A stretch of DNA of 64,000 nucleotides from Diplonema japonicum (taxonomy: Eukaryota > Protista > Euglenozoa: Diplonemea), in the NCBI GenBank assembly GCA_964019335.1, contig OZ025736.1:186001-250000 (forward strand). The letters run 5' to 3'. The notes under the pieces were generated by a model. The model saw nothing but the letters and a program-made list of their open reading frames with translations. It had not been told where the DNA came from and did no database searches. Both the position numbers and the translations under genes were made by a program. Every line of letters begins with the position of its first letter. Positions within the stretch are counted from its first letter, which is position 1. Positions 22,940-33,828 of this stretch are shown here, piece by piece.

Positions 22940-23168
22940 ACCTGTGCGGCTCCACCTCTCAGACAGACGTGCCTTTTCCCTGCTTCCTCGCGGTAGGGTG
23001 GGGAAGGGGCTCTTTTTCTTCGCCGAAGCCAAATGCGATCCACAATGCCCCTGTTTTGAAAGGTCTGGCAACAGCCGGCCAAGGTTTGCTTCCCCTCGAC
23101 CCTAGCACAGACTTGCTTAACGGGAGGTGTCGGCACTCACCTAGACCCAGCCAAAGGTCTTGCTCCTT
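22940..23168. repeat. Dispersed intergenic repeat, copy 2
   Basis: Diverged homologue of 16561-16825 in the same orientation. Confidence 0.85.
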
Positions 23169-23593
23169 GAGGAAAAAAAAAACGCCTTTTTCCTCTTATT
23201 TGTTTCGTCCCCTTAACGCGGTTAAGCCTGCAGAATAAGAGAACATGGGGTATGGGGAGAGTAGGTACGAAGGGGAGGAGACCTAAACCTTAATAGAATA
23301 AGGTTAGTGGACCAAATCTTTTTTATTTTATTTTTTTCCCTCTTCCTCCTTTTTTTCATTTATCGTTTCGGTCGTGTGCTCTAAATGCTCCAATCTCAGC
23401 CCATGTGGATCGAGATGTCTGAGCGGGGAGACAACGGGTGGAAAAGCTTTGTGGCAGGGGATTCAGTGTGTCTGCTGCCTGTCTGGTCTTGAGCCGTGCT
23501 AGAAAGAAGACCTTTAATGGACTCCCTCGTCTGTGCCTGGCTGTGCATCATGTGTAGGGCAGTGTATCGTGCCATCCTGTGTGGTGTTATTTT

Positions 23594-26500
23594 CTATTTC
23601 TTCCCCCCATACCTAGCGAAACTCAACAGCCTTCCGTAGTAGGCACGGAGGATGCCAAGCGTGGTCACACTGTACATCCTATCGAACACCTGTGCAGTGT
23701 TGTTGTGTGTCATGGAACATACCATGGCCTTCAGTTGTGACACTGCGAACTCCTTCAGCACTTGTGTCTCGTCCTCGAACTCCCTGCTGAGCTCGAGGAA
23801 ATCTTCTCTTGTTAAAACGTACAGTTCGCAGGGAGACCTGGCAAGCAGTGTGGACAGTGACACGTAGCTCCTTATCAAAGACATCCCACCAAAGTGATCG
23901 CCCTCCGTAAGGTGCGCGGCCACCTGATCGTTCTCGTTGATGATCGCAATGTCACCTGTCGACACAAAGAACATGCTCCCCACCATTTCCCCGTACTGCA
24001 CAATGCACTCGTCGTCCTCAACAGATCTGGAAGTCAGCAGCGAGGCAAACTTATCGAGGAATGTAACGTGTCCTTTCAAACCCGCAAACAGGTTGATCTT
24101 CTTCAGAAGATCTTCGATCAGGAATGATCTGAACCTCTCGCGGCCTATCTGTTCTATCTGTTTGGACTGCTCGGGGAACTGCTCCATCACACGGCGGAAC
24201 TGCGTCTTGCTCAGCGTGAACAGATCGACGTGCGTCTCGGCCACGATCGACGCAGTCCTCCTCGTGTCGAACAGCATCACTATTTCACCGAAGAAGTTCC
24301 CTTCCTTCAGTGTAAACACTGTCTCGCCCTCTATTTTGACACCAAGCTCGCCTTGTGCCACGAAGAACATCTCTGTGCCCACCTCACCCTTGGTCACTAC
24401 TTCTGACTGTGGAGGATGCGACTTCGGCTCCAGCGAGCCTACTACTTCTCTTATGAAGTCGGGATCATCAGCACACGCAGCGAATAGGGGTACTTTCTTC
24501 ACAATTTCTTCCAACCTAATCTTCTGCAGTTTATCTGCAGCCTCCGATCTCACGGCTGCGATGGCTTTAGGGAACATGGCTTCTGCCTCAATGAACGAAG
24601 CTTTCTTCAACCTGTAAGCCGAGCAGTATGTCAGTGCTTTTACAGTGGCGGTGCGTCTGCAGTCATGCAGCAGGGCAATTTCTCCCAGCGCAGAGCCTCT
24701 GTGACAAACGTATGTGATCTCCCCTAGCTTGTCATTGTAAATACCCATCTCGCCTGCCATAATGAAGTACATGGAATCACCCTCGTCGCCTTTTGACATC
24801 ACGATCTCGTCCTTGCAGAAAGTGACCGACTCGAGCATGGACAGCATGTAGTGGAGGAAGGCAGGGTCATTCCTGCTCGCTTCCTTGAACATCGGCACCC
24901 GTGACATGGTCTCTCCGCCCACTGTCCTTTCGATCTGCAAGCCTATCTTGTTAGGGAGGTCCTCCATAACCTCATCTATCCTGCCCAGAAGGTTCCGTGA
25001 AACCCAAAAATCGTGGTGTAGATAACCCCTGATTTCAGTCACGAACCCTCTTGGCAGTGGCATTGACGTTGCCTTGCTGATGTAGCCCAACACATCGGAT
25101 ACCTGGTTCGACTTGATGCGCCACTTCTCGCTGTCTGACGCATTATCGCTGATCAGGTTTGCAATGGTTGCAAGCACCGTGGCGTACACTGCAACACCAG
25201 CGAAGGCGGTCAGCAGGCAGTAAACAGCCTCGAGATCGGTCTGTGGCATGGTTTTCCCGGGTCTGCCCATCCCCACCATCGACTTCACGGAATAGTCGTA
25301 GGCAAGGAAATACTGAGTTGAGATATCGCCTGTGTACACTTCCCGCACTGCCGAAAATTTGAACCCCACCTCTTCCCCCTCGTAAAAGTGCAAGGCGAGG
25401 AACACGCATGCAAAGTAGTGTGTGATCAAAGTGAAAGCCCACATGGTTCGCACAGCACGTATCACGAGCGGATGGGCAGCGTACAGCATCTTGAAGCACG
25501 AAGAAAACATCACATCAGAGTATCTCATTAGCAGAAGTTTGTTCACTCTCCATAGTGGGGACACGATGACTTCCTCGTGCCTCCATGGGGAAGTCGTGGA
25601 TCCCGAGTGGCTGTAGATACCAAGACCGATGATTTCGAGTGGCAGGGCTATCATCAGGTCCCACCAGAAATAAGTTCTGAAGTACCTCCTAGCAATACTA
25701 GTTGGGTTGGTGACGAGCAGGCCTCGATCCTCGTATGGCCTTGTGAACCTCAAACCGATTTCGGCCCAAAACATGAGATCGACAACCAAGTCTATGACAA
25801 CAGTGGCAAGCGAAGCAGGGGCATCGAGGCCGATTCTGGACGGGATCATTATGAGTTGATACAGAGAGTACAGGAAGATGAGTGGTGCCCAGAAACGATC
25901 GAAGTGCTCAAATCTTTTGACGATCTGATCCACAGACTCCTGTTCACTTGTCTTGTACTTCACAGTCTCTGTATCAAGCTCCCAGCTCTCGAAGTCTGTC
26001 ATCACGCTACCCCTCTGATGCGTTTCATGGCTTTCGTCCCGCATTGGTTGAGTCTCCTTGTCACCTTCATCGTCTGGTATGATGGACAGCCTGGCGCGCA
26101 GCGCGGCGGACGCGTAAATCGACTTCTTGCTGCTTTTCCCGATGGACGATTTCCGCTCGCTCCCAAAGAGAGACAACGACGACTTCCGCGAGGTTTTCTC
26201 AGTTCTCGGGGAGTGGTGGAATGGGATGTCATTCTTACAGATGTTCGGCAGGGTCCGCCTGCGAGACATGGAATGAGGTACAGATGGGGGCATCGCAGCC
26301 ATATTGGACATCATCGGCATGTTGGCCGTGCTCATGTGGAGGGGCGGAAGGGATTCCCGCCTGTCGTTCGTGAAGTCCAGCTTGGGGACTGACGGAGGGG
26401 ACAGCTGGCCGTCTTCGGGGGTTTTTTCAGGGGTCGAGACACATGTAGGTGACACTGGCGGGCTGGAATAGTGAGACGGCGGTGAAGGTGCCACCTCGTA

Positions 26501-27037
26501 ATTTTTGAAAGATTCCTTAAAGCGGACGAGAGAGCGCTTGCGGTTCAGTGGGGGGAAGGGGGGAGGCGGTGGTGGTGGGCACGGCGGGCCAGAAGGCAGG
26601 CGGCGAAGAGACAAACAGTGTGGGTCGAGCTCCAAGGGAAGCGAGGTAGTGTTTGGCGACACTCTCACGACAGCTGCAGTGGATGGGGATTGGTTGGGTG
26701 CCGGGTGCGAAGCACGTCTGATCAATGGCCGCTTCATGGCACTTTTTATTTGGATGTGTGAGACCGAGCGACCCAGACCTTTCCGCAGAGGGCGGTTGGC
26801 TGCCATCTCCACCGATAGCAAAGACTGCTCACGCCGTAGCTGTTCGCCCTCAGAGTCGCTCTCACTGCTCACCAAAGATGGACTCGCATCGGAAAACTCT
26901 TCAAGATGGACAACGCACTCATTCCTGTATACTTGCAGCCATCTAATCGTCTCGTCAAGACTCTTGAACTCCAACACATCAATCAGACCCTTCAATATCG
27001 GGGCCGCTAATGCTGCTTTCCTTCTTCCTTCATCCAT
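23594..27037 (-). CDS. Cyclic-nucleotide-gated-like cation channel with three tandem CNB domains
   Basis: 6-TM region (IARRYFRTYFWWDL...PLE), a C-linker, then LGEIALL..CRRTATV, FGEIVML..TRRTASI and FGGMSLI...STL cassettes. Start taken at MDEGRRK. Confidence 0.92.
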   Translation of the reverse strand: MDEGRRKAALAAPILKGLIDVLEFKSLDETIRWLQVYRNECVVHLEEFSDASPSLVSSESDSEGEQLRREQSLLSVEMAANRPLRKGLGRSVSHIQIKSAMKRPLIRRASHPAPNQSPSTAAVVRVSPNTTSLPLELDPHCLSLRRLPSGPPCPPPPPPPFPPLNRKRSLVRFKESFKNYEVAPSPPSHYSSPPVSPTCVSTPEKTPEDGQLSPPSVPKLDFTNDRRESLPPLHMSTANMPMMSNMAAMPPSVPHSMSRRRTLPNICKNDIPFHHSPRTEKTSRKSSLSLFGSERKSSIGKSSKKSIYASAALRARLSIIPDDEGDKETQPMRDESHETHQRGSVMTDFESWELDTETVKYKTSEQESVDQIVKRFEHFDRFWAPLIFLYSLYQLIMIPSRIGLDAPASLATVVIDLVVDLMFWAEIGLRFTRPYEDRGLLVTNPTSIARRYFRTYFWWDLMIALPLEIIGLGIYSHSGSTTSPWRHEEVIVSPLWRVNKLLLMRYSDVMFSSCFKMLYAAHPLVIRAVRTMWAFTLITHYFACVFLALHFYEGEEVGFKFSAVREVYTGDISTQYFLAYDYSVKSMVGMGRPGKTMPQTDLEAVYCLLTAFAGVAVYATVLATIANLISDNASDSEKWRIKSNQVSDVLGYISKATSMPLPRGFVTEIRGYLHHDFWVSRNLLGRIDEVMEDLPNKIGLQIERTVGGETMSRVPMFKEASRNDPAFLHYMLSMLESVTFCKDEIVMSKGDEGDSMYFIMAGEMGIYNDKLGEITYVCHRGSALGEIALLHDCRRTATVKALTYCSAYRLKKASFIEAEAMFPKAIAAVRSEAADKLQKIRLEEIVKKVPLFAACADDPDFIREVVGSLEPKSHPPQSEVVTKGEVGTEMFFVAQGELGVKIEGETVFTLKEGNFFGEIVMLFDTRRTASIVAETHVDLFTLSKTQFRRVMEQFPEQSKQIEQIGRERFRSFLIEDLLKKINLFAGLKGHVTFLDKFASLLTSRSVEDDECIVQYGEMVGSMFFVSTGDIAIINENDQVAAHLTEGDHFGGMSLIRSYVSLSTLLARSPCELYVLTREDFLELSREFEDETQVLKEFAVSQLKAMVCSMTHNNTAQVFDRMYSVTTLGILRAYYGRLLSFARYGGKK

Positions 27038-27378
27038 GTATCCTGGTGGGAAGGAATTACTTGGGGCGTATTTCAATAGCAATGCAATACAAACTTTTAG
27101 GAGCTTATAAGAACTATAGGCTAATGGAAGAAAATAAAAAAATAAAAATAAAAAACTATTTTGCACATTTTCCTCGAGGCAATCTTTTTCTTTTTTTTTT
27201 CCTTTCTTTTTCTTTGTGTATTTACGAGGCAACTTGGAAAAGCTACCGAACGAAAAAAAGCAGTCTTCGCACCCCCTCCCGACCACAATTTCGTTAGTCA
27301 CTAATACAGAAATGCCAAATAACAATAATGAAATGTACGTGCTGTGTGACTAATATAAAAATAATTTTTTACCGCAGC

Positions 27379-30300
27379 TCATTTACTACAGGCTTCTTCT
27401 CCGACGGAGGACAAGTGCGAGCCGTTCTCAGGCCTGTCTGCCTTCTCGTTGCCATGTGCGGGAGAGCCGCTGACGATGTTGTCTTCCACTTCGTTGTCGG
27501 GAACAACGTTCGACTTTGCCTTTGCGATCTTCGACTGCTTTGACACTCTTCTCTGTTTTCGTCGCCACGCTGCAAGGATCTTCTGCGTCGCGAAGTAGTG
27601 CGCCACCATCAGGTACTCATCGCCTTTCCATTGTGTGGCTTGCACGAACTTCTGGATCCCCATTGCATCGTTCAATGAAATCTGGAACAGCTGCTTCGAC
27701 AGCGACTGCACCGCATCCTCGTAGCGCACCATGAGCTGCGTGAAGGTGAAGACTTCCAAGCTCCTACATACCTGTTCGTCTATGGGCATGGCAACGCGCA
27801 TCAAGAACCGCAATAACCACAAATCTGTCACTTCGCACTGTGTGAGCTTGTCACTCGTGCACCACACTCTCATAATCGTGATAAAGGCGTTCTGCGTGAA
27901 TTGGGATTAGGTTGCAAACACGTACCGCTCTAACCCTTCCGGTGGCAAGCGGGTCAAACCTCAGCCACCTGGCCCTGAAGTTGTCCATCAGTTGCAGCTG
28001 TTGGGGAGGAGGGAGGTAAGAAAACTGTATTGTTCACCCACTACCTTGTCGTTGGTCTTCAACCAACCCTCAGCTTTGAGTCCAGTCCAATTCGCCTCGT
28101 CAGAGTCCTCCTCCTCGTCTTCCGCGAGATTATTGAACTCGTCTAACACAATTGTGATGAACAGGTTCAACAGTGCGAAGGAACCTACAGTTAGCGTGGT
28201 TGGGCAAGCGGTTGCATACCAACTAACATGAAGAGCACAAAGTATGGAATGGCAGCCACGGTGCCACAGGTGTTGTCAGCTTCACTGCACTGTGAGTTGT
28301 CCTCAGTGGCCATGCAGCCGTCCATCACATCGGTCCACGTTTCGGTGGTAGCCACCCTGCGGAGTGTTTGCTGGTTCACATTATTCCATACTGGTACAAT
28401 GTTATCAAGGCATAAGGCACGTTCTTGAAGTTGGTGTATTCCGTGAGCCCCTGGTTGCCTGGTATAGTGATAGAGCCGAAGAGCTCGACACCTACTACAC
28501 CGAAGATGAAAAAGGTCACCACAAGCAGGAGTGACACGTTGCCTGAAAATGATTATGCGGCACGTCTTGGCATACCAAGCGACGGCAGTGCATGGACTAA
28601 GGTGCCGAATAACTTCTGCAGGTTCTTGGCCCTTTTTATTAGCCGAAACACCCTGCCAATCCTCAGCACACGTAACACGTTCAGGCCAGGTCCCCCAACA
28701 AGAACACCCACCCATGCCATGATCACCAGGATGAAGTCAAATTTATTCCAGTCGTCCCTGTAATTGGTGGTACAAAAAAAAAACACATACCTAAAGTACT
28801 TCTTTCCACCATGCGCAAAAACCTTAACTATTGCCTCAACTGTAAATGCTACGACAAAGAACCAATTGCCAGTCCCGAGCAGGGAATCAAAAAAGGCAGG
28901 CTGTTTGTAGTGCTTCAGGCACATGATGAAGACGTTCAATATGATGAGGAAAGTGACGGTGTTGTCGAAGAACGGATGGATGGCAAGGTGGAAGCAACCT
29001 GTCCTGAAGTAAGTCAGCAGCATCGTGAACTTTGAGGGCGGCGCCATTGATATCTCGAAGCTCTCGTCTGTGTTGCCCCATATCATAGCTGTCCCACTGC
29101 AGTTGCGCTGCCCATCTACTAGTCTGCCTTCGATACTGCCCGAGTTCCCTGACACATGCAGCGACATCTCTCCGCGTGGTCCATAAACACCCCGTTTTAC
29201 ACTCACGGGTTCTACTCTCTTGAAGATAGTCCACTCGCCCACCACTCCAGCGCGTATTGCGAGCTCTAATGGATGTTTTTGCCCCTTGTAGGTGAAGAAC
29301 CCTGTGTAACGTACAACCTTGGGAACTAATGGCATTGGTGTCAGTCTTGTGTGAGACAGCATTTTGTTTGCCCTGACCCATTTTCTCTGGGCTGTTGTCA
29401 TCAAGATGCTGCCCTCCTCTGCAGCCTTGCTGCTGGTGAAGACCTCTATCAGCATACCAACGAAGAGGTTCATCGCAAAGAACTGTCCGACTACAACAAA
29501 CAAGCAGAAGAAAAGGGCGTTAATAGGGTTGGCGTTCCTCTTCGGGTTCAGGTCCACGCCCCTGGCGTCGATGCCGCTGTACATGATGACCGCCCATCCC
29601 TCGCCTACCGCTATTTCGAATAGCGTCAGCATTGATGCACCCAGGTTGTCGAAGTTATATCGCAGTTTGTGCCATGTTCTGTTCGAGGTCACGTATGAGG
29701 AGCTCCATGCTGTTTGCACCTCAGCCTCATAGACACCGACGCACTCAGCACGTGAATTGACATCTGCATCATTACAATAGTAGAAGGTGCCCTTGTACAG
29801 CTGCACGGCTATGATGCCGAACGACAGCCAAAGAAACAAACACACAACCGTAACATTCGCCAATCCACTGAGTGCCCTAAAGAGAGACGTGATGACCACA
29901 CGAATGCCCTCAGAATGTACAACTAGTCTGATTGTGCGAAGCGATCGGCACAACTTGAGCTCTTTTATGCCAATGCCTGCAAAAGCAGTGATGACCACAA
30001 ACATATCCATCCTATTCCATACACCCATCGAAGAGGGGCCGTCTGAGAGGCCTGATCTTTCGCTCGCCATGTGCGTCAAGTAGGCTTTCCGTATGCCGTC
30101 CGGATCCTTAGCCTCGTAAAGTCCCATTACGATGACCTTCATCATGCATTCTATGGTGAAGAGTGTTGTGAAAGTTATGTCGCCCAGTTCCAAGATGCTT
30201 CGCGTGCTTGAGCTGACCTGAGGGTGATCGACTGCCAGAAAGACAACATTGGCAAAAATCACTGTAAGGACCGCGAGGTTGAACAGGGGGTGCATCACAA

Positions 30301-33300
30301 CACTTGCCACCGCCAGACGCAAGGGATTCGTTCGCTCCAGTTCAAAAAAGAACAGCGACTTCCCGTGCAAGTCCCATGCGTCGGCCTTCTGCTCAGGTGT
30401 CATGTCTCTCATTGCACGAGCTTCGCCAAAACAATAGTGGTCAATGCGTCCTATGAAGGCCATCACCAAGCCACCACTCATGCGGGAAGGCATCGTCTGA
30501 GCCGATGAACAAGGCGCGCACACATCGTCTAATGGATGAAGTGCCACCGCCGCTTCGTGTATACTTTGTATGTTTATCGAAATCTCGTTTCCTGCATTCT
30601 CAAGTTCTTCAGCTTCCTTCGTTCTCATGAACTCATCTATCAAGATGGCTATGAACAGGTTGATCAACATGTAGTTCCCGAAGATGAACAACGGCACGAA
30701 GTAAAGAAATGCGGCAGCGTTCTTCTGCATCGCCTGGCTCATTATGGTTGCCCAGCTCTCCCCCGTGATCACAATGAAGACGGTCAAGAAGCTCTCCCAC
30801 AAGGAGTTGAAATTCGCACGGCTGTCTGGGGGGTAGGAGTTCTCGAAGAGCTGCAATCCAAGAATCCCGCATATAAAAATGAACAGTAACATGATCAGAA
30901 ACAGATAAGCCACAGCCACGACAGAAGCAATGATTGTGAGAAGAAGCTGTCGCAGCGTAGGGTACTTTCCAAGTAAGCGCAGCATGCGGGCCATCCTGAA
31001 GATCCTGAAAGCACTAAAATTGCTGCCCCCGCCGCCAGATAAACCTGTGAGCGCCAACTCAGGAATGGAGATCATCACCAAGACGCAGTCAAAGGTGTTG
31101 TAGCCATCTAGCTTTCGTCTGACAACAGTTGCATTCTTTCTGTTATCGCCCACCAGGGCAGGTATGCTGTCGCGATACTGCTCTGTAAAGTAATCCACAA
31201 GACCCAAGCCCAACCACTTAATGAGCATCTCGCAGATGAAGATAAACGAGCATGTCAGGTTGGTCCAGTTGATGAAGTCTTCTAGGGCACGTGGTGCATT
31301 GTGGTAATCCAGTGTCATCACAATCACATTGAAGCATGTCACAAAGAGCATGAAATGGCTGAAATAGGCGTGTTGCACGAAGAGCTTCACCTTCTTTCGC
31401 ACACTAGAGAGCAAGCTGGTGTTCACCTCTGCGACGGACGACTGCGCAACAGAATGATCGATACTGCGCTTTCTACTCGGATTCAAGTTCCTTATGCTTC
31501 GAGTACTTTGCCGTCTGTCCATGCCCAGGGAGGGTGTCAAAAACGTAGCTGATTGCCGCCGCCTTCTACTTCCTTCCTTATCACTTGCCGTCTCAATATC
31601 GTCATGCTGCTCCTCCACCTGGCCAAAGGCAAACGCCTCCTCGTTGTCGCCCTCTTCGGGTTCCTCGCCTTCAACTTCCGCGTCGTTCTCGCAAGGTTCT
31701 TCGACAACGGCTACTTCAGGGTGTGACGATCCGCTGGACTCCAACTCCCAAGCACCAATCTCATCTTCTCCCTTCTGGATGTCGTCTTCTTCTATCTCTG
31801 CCTGGACTTTTGCTCTGTAGTACTCGAGAGAAAGCACAGCTAGGAACAGGTTGATGCAAAAGAACGCTCCAAACAGCGTGATGAGCAGGAAATATATCCA
31901 GACGCCCCAGCCCATAGCGTTCTGGACATTGTGCATGTCTGCAGGCCAGTCATCCAGACTGATTACCTTGAACACTAACAAAGAGGCAGAGTAGAATGTA
32001 TCGAAGTTAAGGACAGAGTCTTTGAATAGTGAAGTATGCACAGTGCAGGTGGGTGACTGTGTGCTGCCGTGTGTACTGCTGCATTGTCGGCCGACCGAAG
32101 ACGACGTGCTGCAGGGCGCAGAGGTATCATTCAGGTACAGGCAGCTGTCTTCATTGCAGTTCGTGATGTTCCAACCTGTGCTGTTGATGGAATCTGCAGA
32201 GAAGTAGCACCTCTGGTGCAACTTGCCTTCGAACAACTGCACACCAACAATGGCGAAGATCACTAGAAGGAAGGCCAAGAGAAGGAACACATCGCGCATG
32301 CCTGGAAGGGACTGTATGAGGGCGTTCATGATGCTCTTCATTTGCGGGACACGGTTAACCACTCTCAGCGGTCGCGCAACACGCAGCAAACGCAGCACGC
32401 TGTAATTCTGCACACCAGGCGCCAATGAGACAAACCCAGTCATCACCACAACGAAGTCCATCTTGTTCCAGTAGCTTCGCAGGTAGGAATGCGGGTGCAT
32501 CACAAACCCCAACGCGATGATCTTCAGAAGCATCTCTACAGTGAACGCAGACTGAAAGGCTATTTCAGAAACTTGCAAAAACTTCTGTATTTCATTGTTC
32601 CCTCTTGTACTAGGTATGTCCAAAGCCAGTGTTATGGAGTTTGCCATGATGATGAGTAGCACCGCACGCTCAAAGGCGGTGGAGTCAATGACCCGGAAGA
32701 CCTTGTAGCGTATGTTGCCACTGCAGGTTCTGGTATCGCCGCTTAAAATGAACAGTGAAGTAGTGCCGGTGTTGAACTGATTGCTGGGAGGGGCCCCCGG
32801 TCGCGACTGTCCAGGGATGGTTTGGGCCTTTTTCAAAGAAGATATCTTGGTCGGCAAAGAAGGCCTTACCATAACGCTTGCCTGCTTCACGACATCAGCA
32901 AGCTGGGCGCTGGGAGTAGGCTGCAGTGGGTGCGGGGATACATCCAGGGCTGTACGGGATTTCGACAATTGTCTTACTAGCTCATCACGCAACTGCAAGG
33001 CAACCTGTCCTACAGGCTTGTCACCGAAATCTTCACCCGTCCACCCAAAATCGCCATCTTCAAGGGCAGCATGCACAACCTCACCATCTGCTGAGTTCAA
33101 AGCTGCAGAAACAATGTCTCTCAAGCAAATATCGGTGTGCTCCCCTGCTGTATCCAACGCGTTGAGCAGCTCCTGCAGTGCATCAGTTGCCCGCCGTATC
33201 TCATCTTCTTCTGGAAGCAGAATAGACGCTCTTCGCTTTCGCACCGGTTCCTCAGGAGATCCATCACCTTCTGTATCTGGTCCTCGGTTGGGTAAGGACA

Positions 33301-33301
33301 T
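27379..33301 (-). CDS. Four-domain voltage-gated Ca/Na channel alpha subunit, spliced at its 3' end
   Basis: Four S4 segments and pore loops SLDDW, TGESW, VGEGW and TTETW. Removing introns 28758-28790, 28543-28575, 28357-28391, 28185-28219, 27998-28044, 27892-27925 and 27736-27771 gives a continuous domain IV, an EF-like WLRFDP and an IQ-like tail. Confidence 0.93.
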
Positions 33302-33419
33302 CCTTCATTACTGACATATGGAACTCCGGCGTCTTTCTTTGTTCTGTGTATATTTGTCTGTGCGTGTTATAAGCTATTTGAATGCTGGATGGAAGAAGAA
33401 AAAAAAGAACTACATAATA

Positions 33420-33746
33420 TTATCTAAACAAGCTCCTACGGTGGGTGTCTCTACGTAACCATTCCTGTTTCTGGTGTGAATACTCGGCAGCGGCTAATAG
33501 GACTTCCAAACCACTTGATATATAATAGTGCTTTAACAGATTGAGCCCTTTATACGAGGTGGTGTCTATGGAGTCAGATTGTTCCTCAACTTCGACACGT
33601 CCATCTTGCTCCAGTACTTTCCCCCCTAAGCGGATCTCGCAGGTCCCCCTTGGCGCACCTACTGGGGGTGTCACGATGTGCCGTCGGCGTCCTGTCCCCG
33701 CCAAAATCTTTCCGCCAATTCTTATTTCCGGTCCATTTGTATTCAT
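33420..33746 (-). CDS. Small hypothetical protein (108 aa)
   Basis: ATG ORF filling the space between two genes on the coding strand, with an internal repeat EIRIGGKIL / EIRLGGKVL. Confidence 0.55.
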   Translation of the reverse strand: MNTNGPEIRIGGKILAGTGRRRHIVTPPVGAPRGTCEIRLGGKVLEQDGRVEVEEQSDSIDTTSYKGLNLLKHYYISSGLEVLLAAAEYSHQKQEWLRRDTHRRSLFR

Positions 33747-33828
33747 AACCTTTTTGCTAGTTTTCTTTTATATTCTTACAGGTAACAGATAGCAAGGTGG
33801 TAAAAAAAAACAATACAACATTAATACA

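Noticed and set aside
11550-23301. Repeated 14-mer CCTTAATAGAATAA (11550 and 23288)
   Set aside because: It is AT-rich and short, with no extended homology, so it cannot be distinguished from chance.
25143-26392. Antisense and alternative-frame ORFs within long genes (e.g. 25577-26392 +)
   Set aside because: They are shadow ORFs of GC-rich coding sequence with no independent motifs.
27838-27867. Eighth channel intron (GTGTGG...CACAG, 30 nt, in frame)
   Set aside because: It is possible but not needed for the frame and is shorter than all supported introns; it cannot be decided without RNA data.
27379-28790. Programmed frameshifting, RNA editing or non-canonical introns to explain the broken channel frame
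   Set aside because: All breaks are resolved by canonical GT-AG introns.
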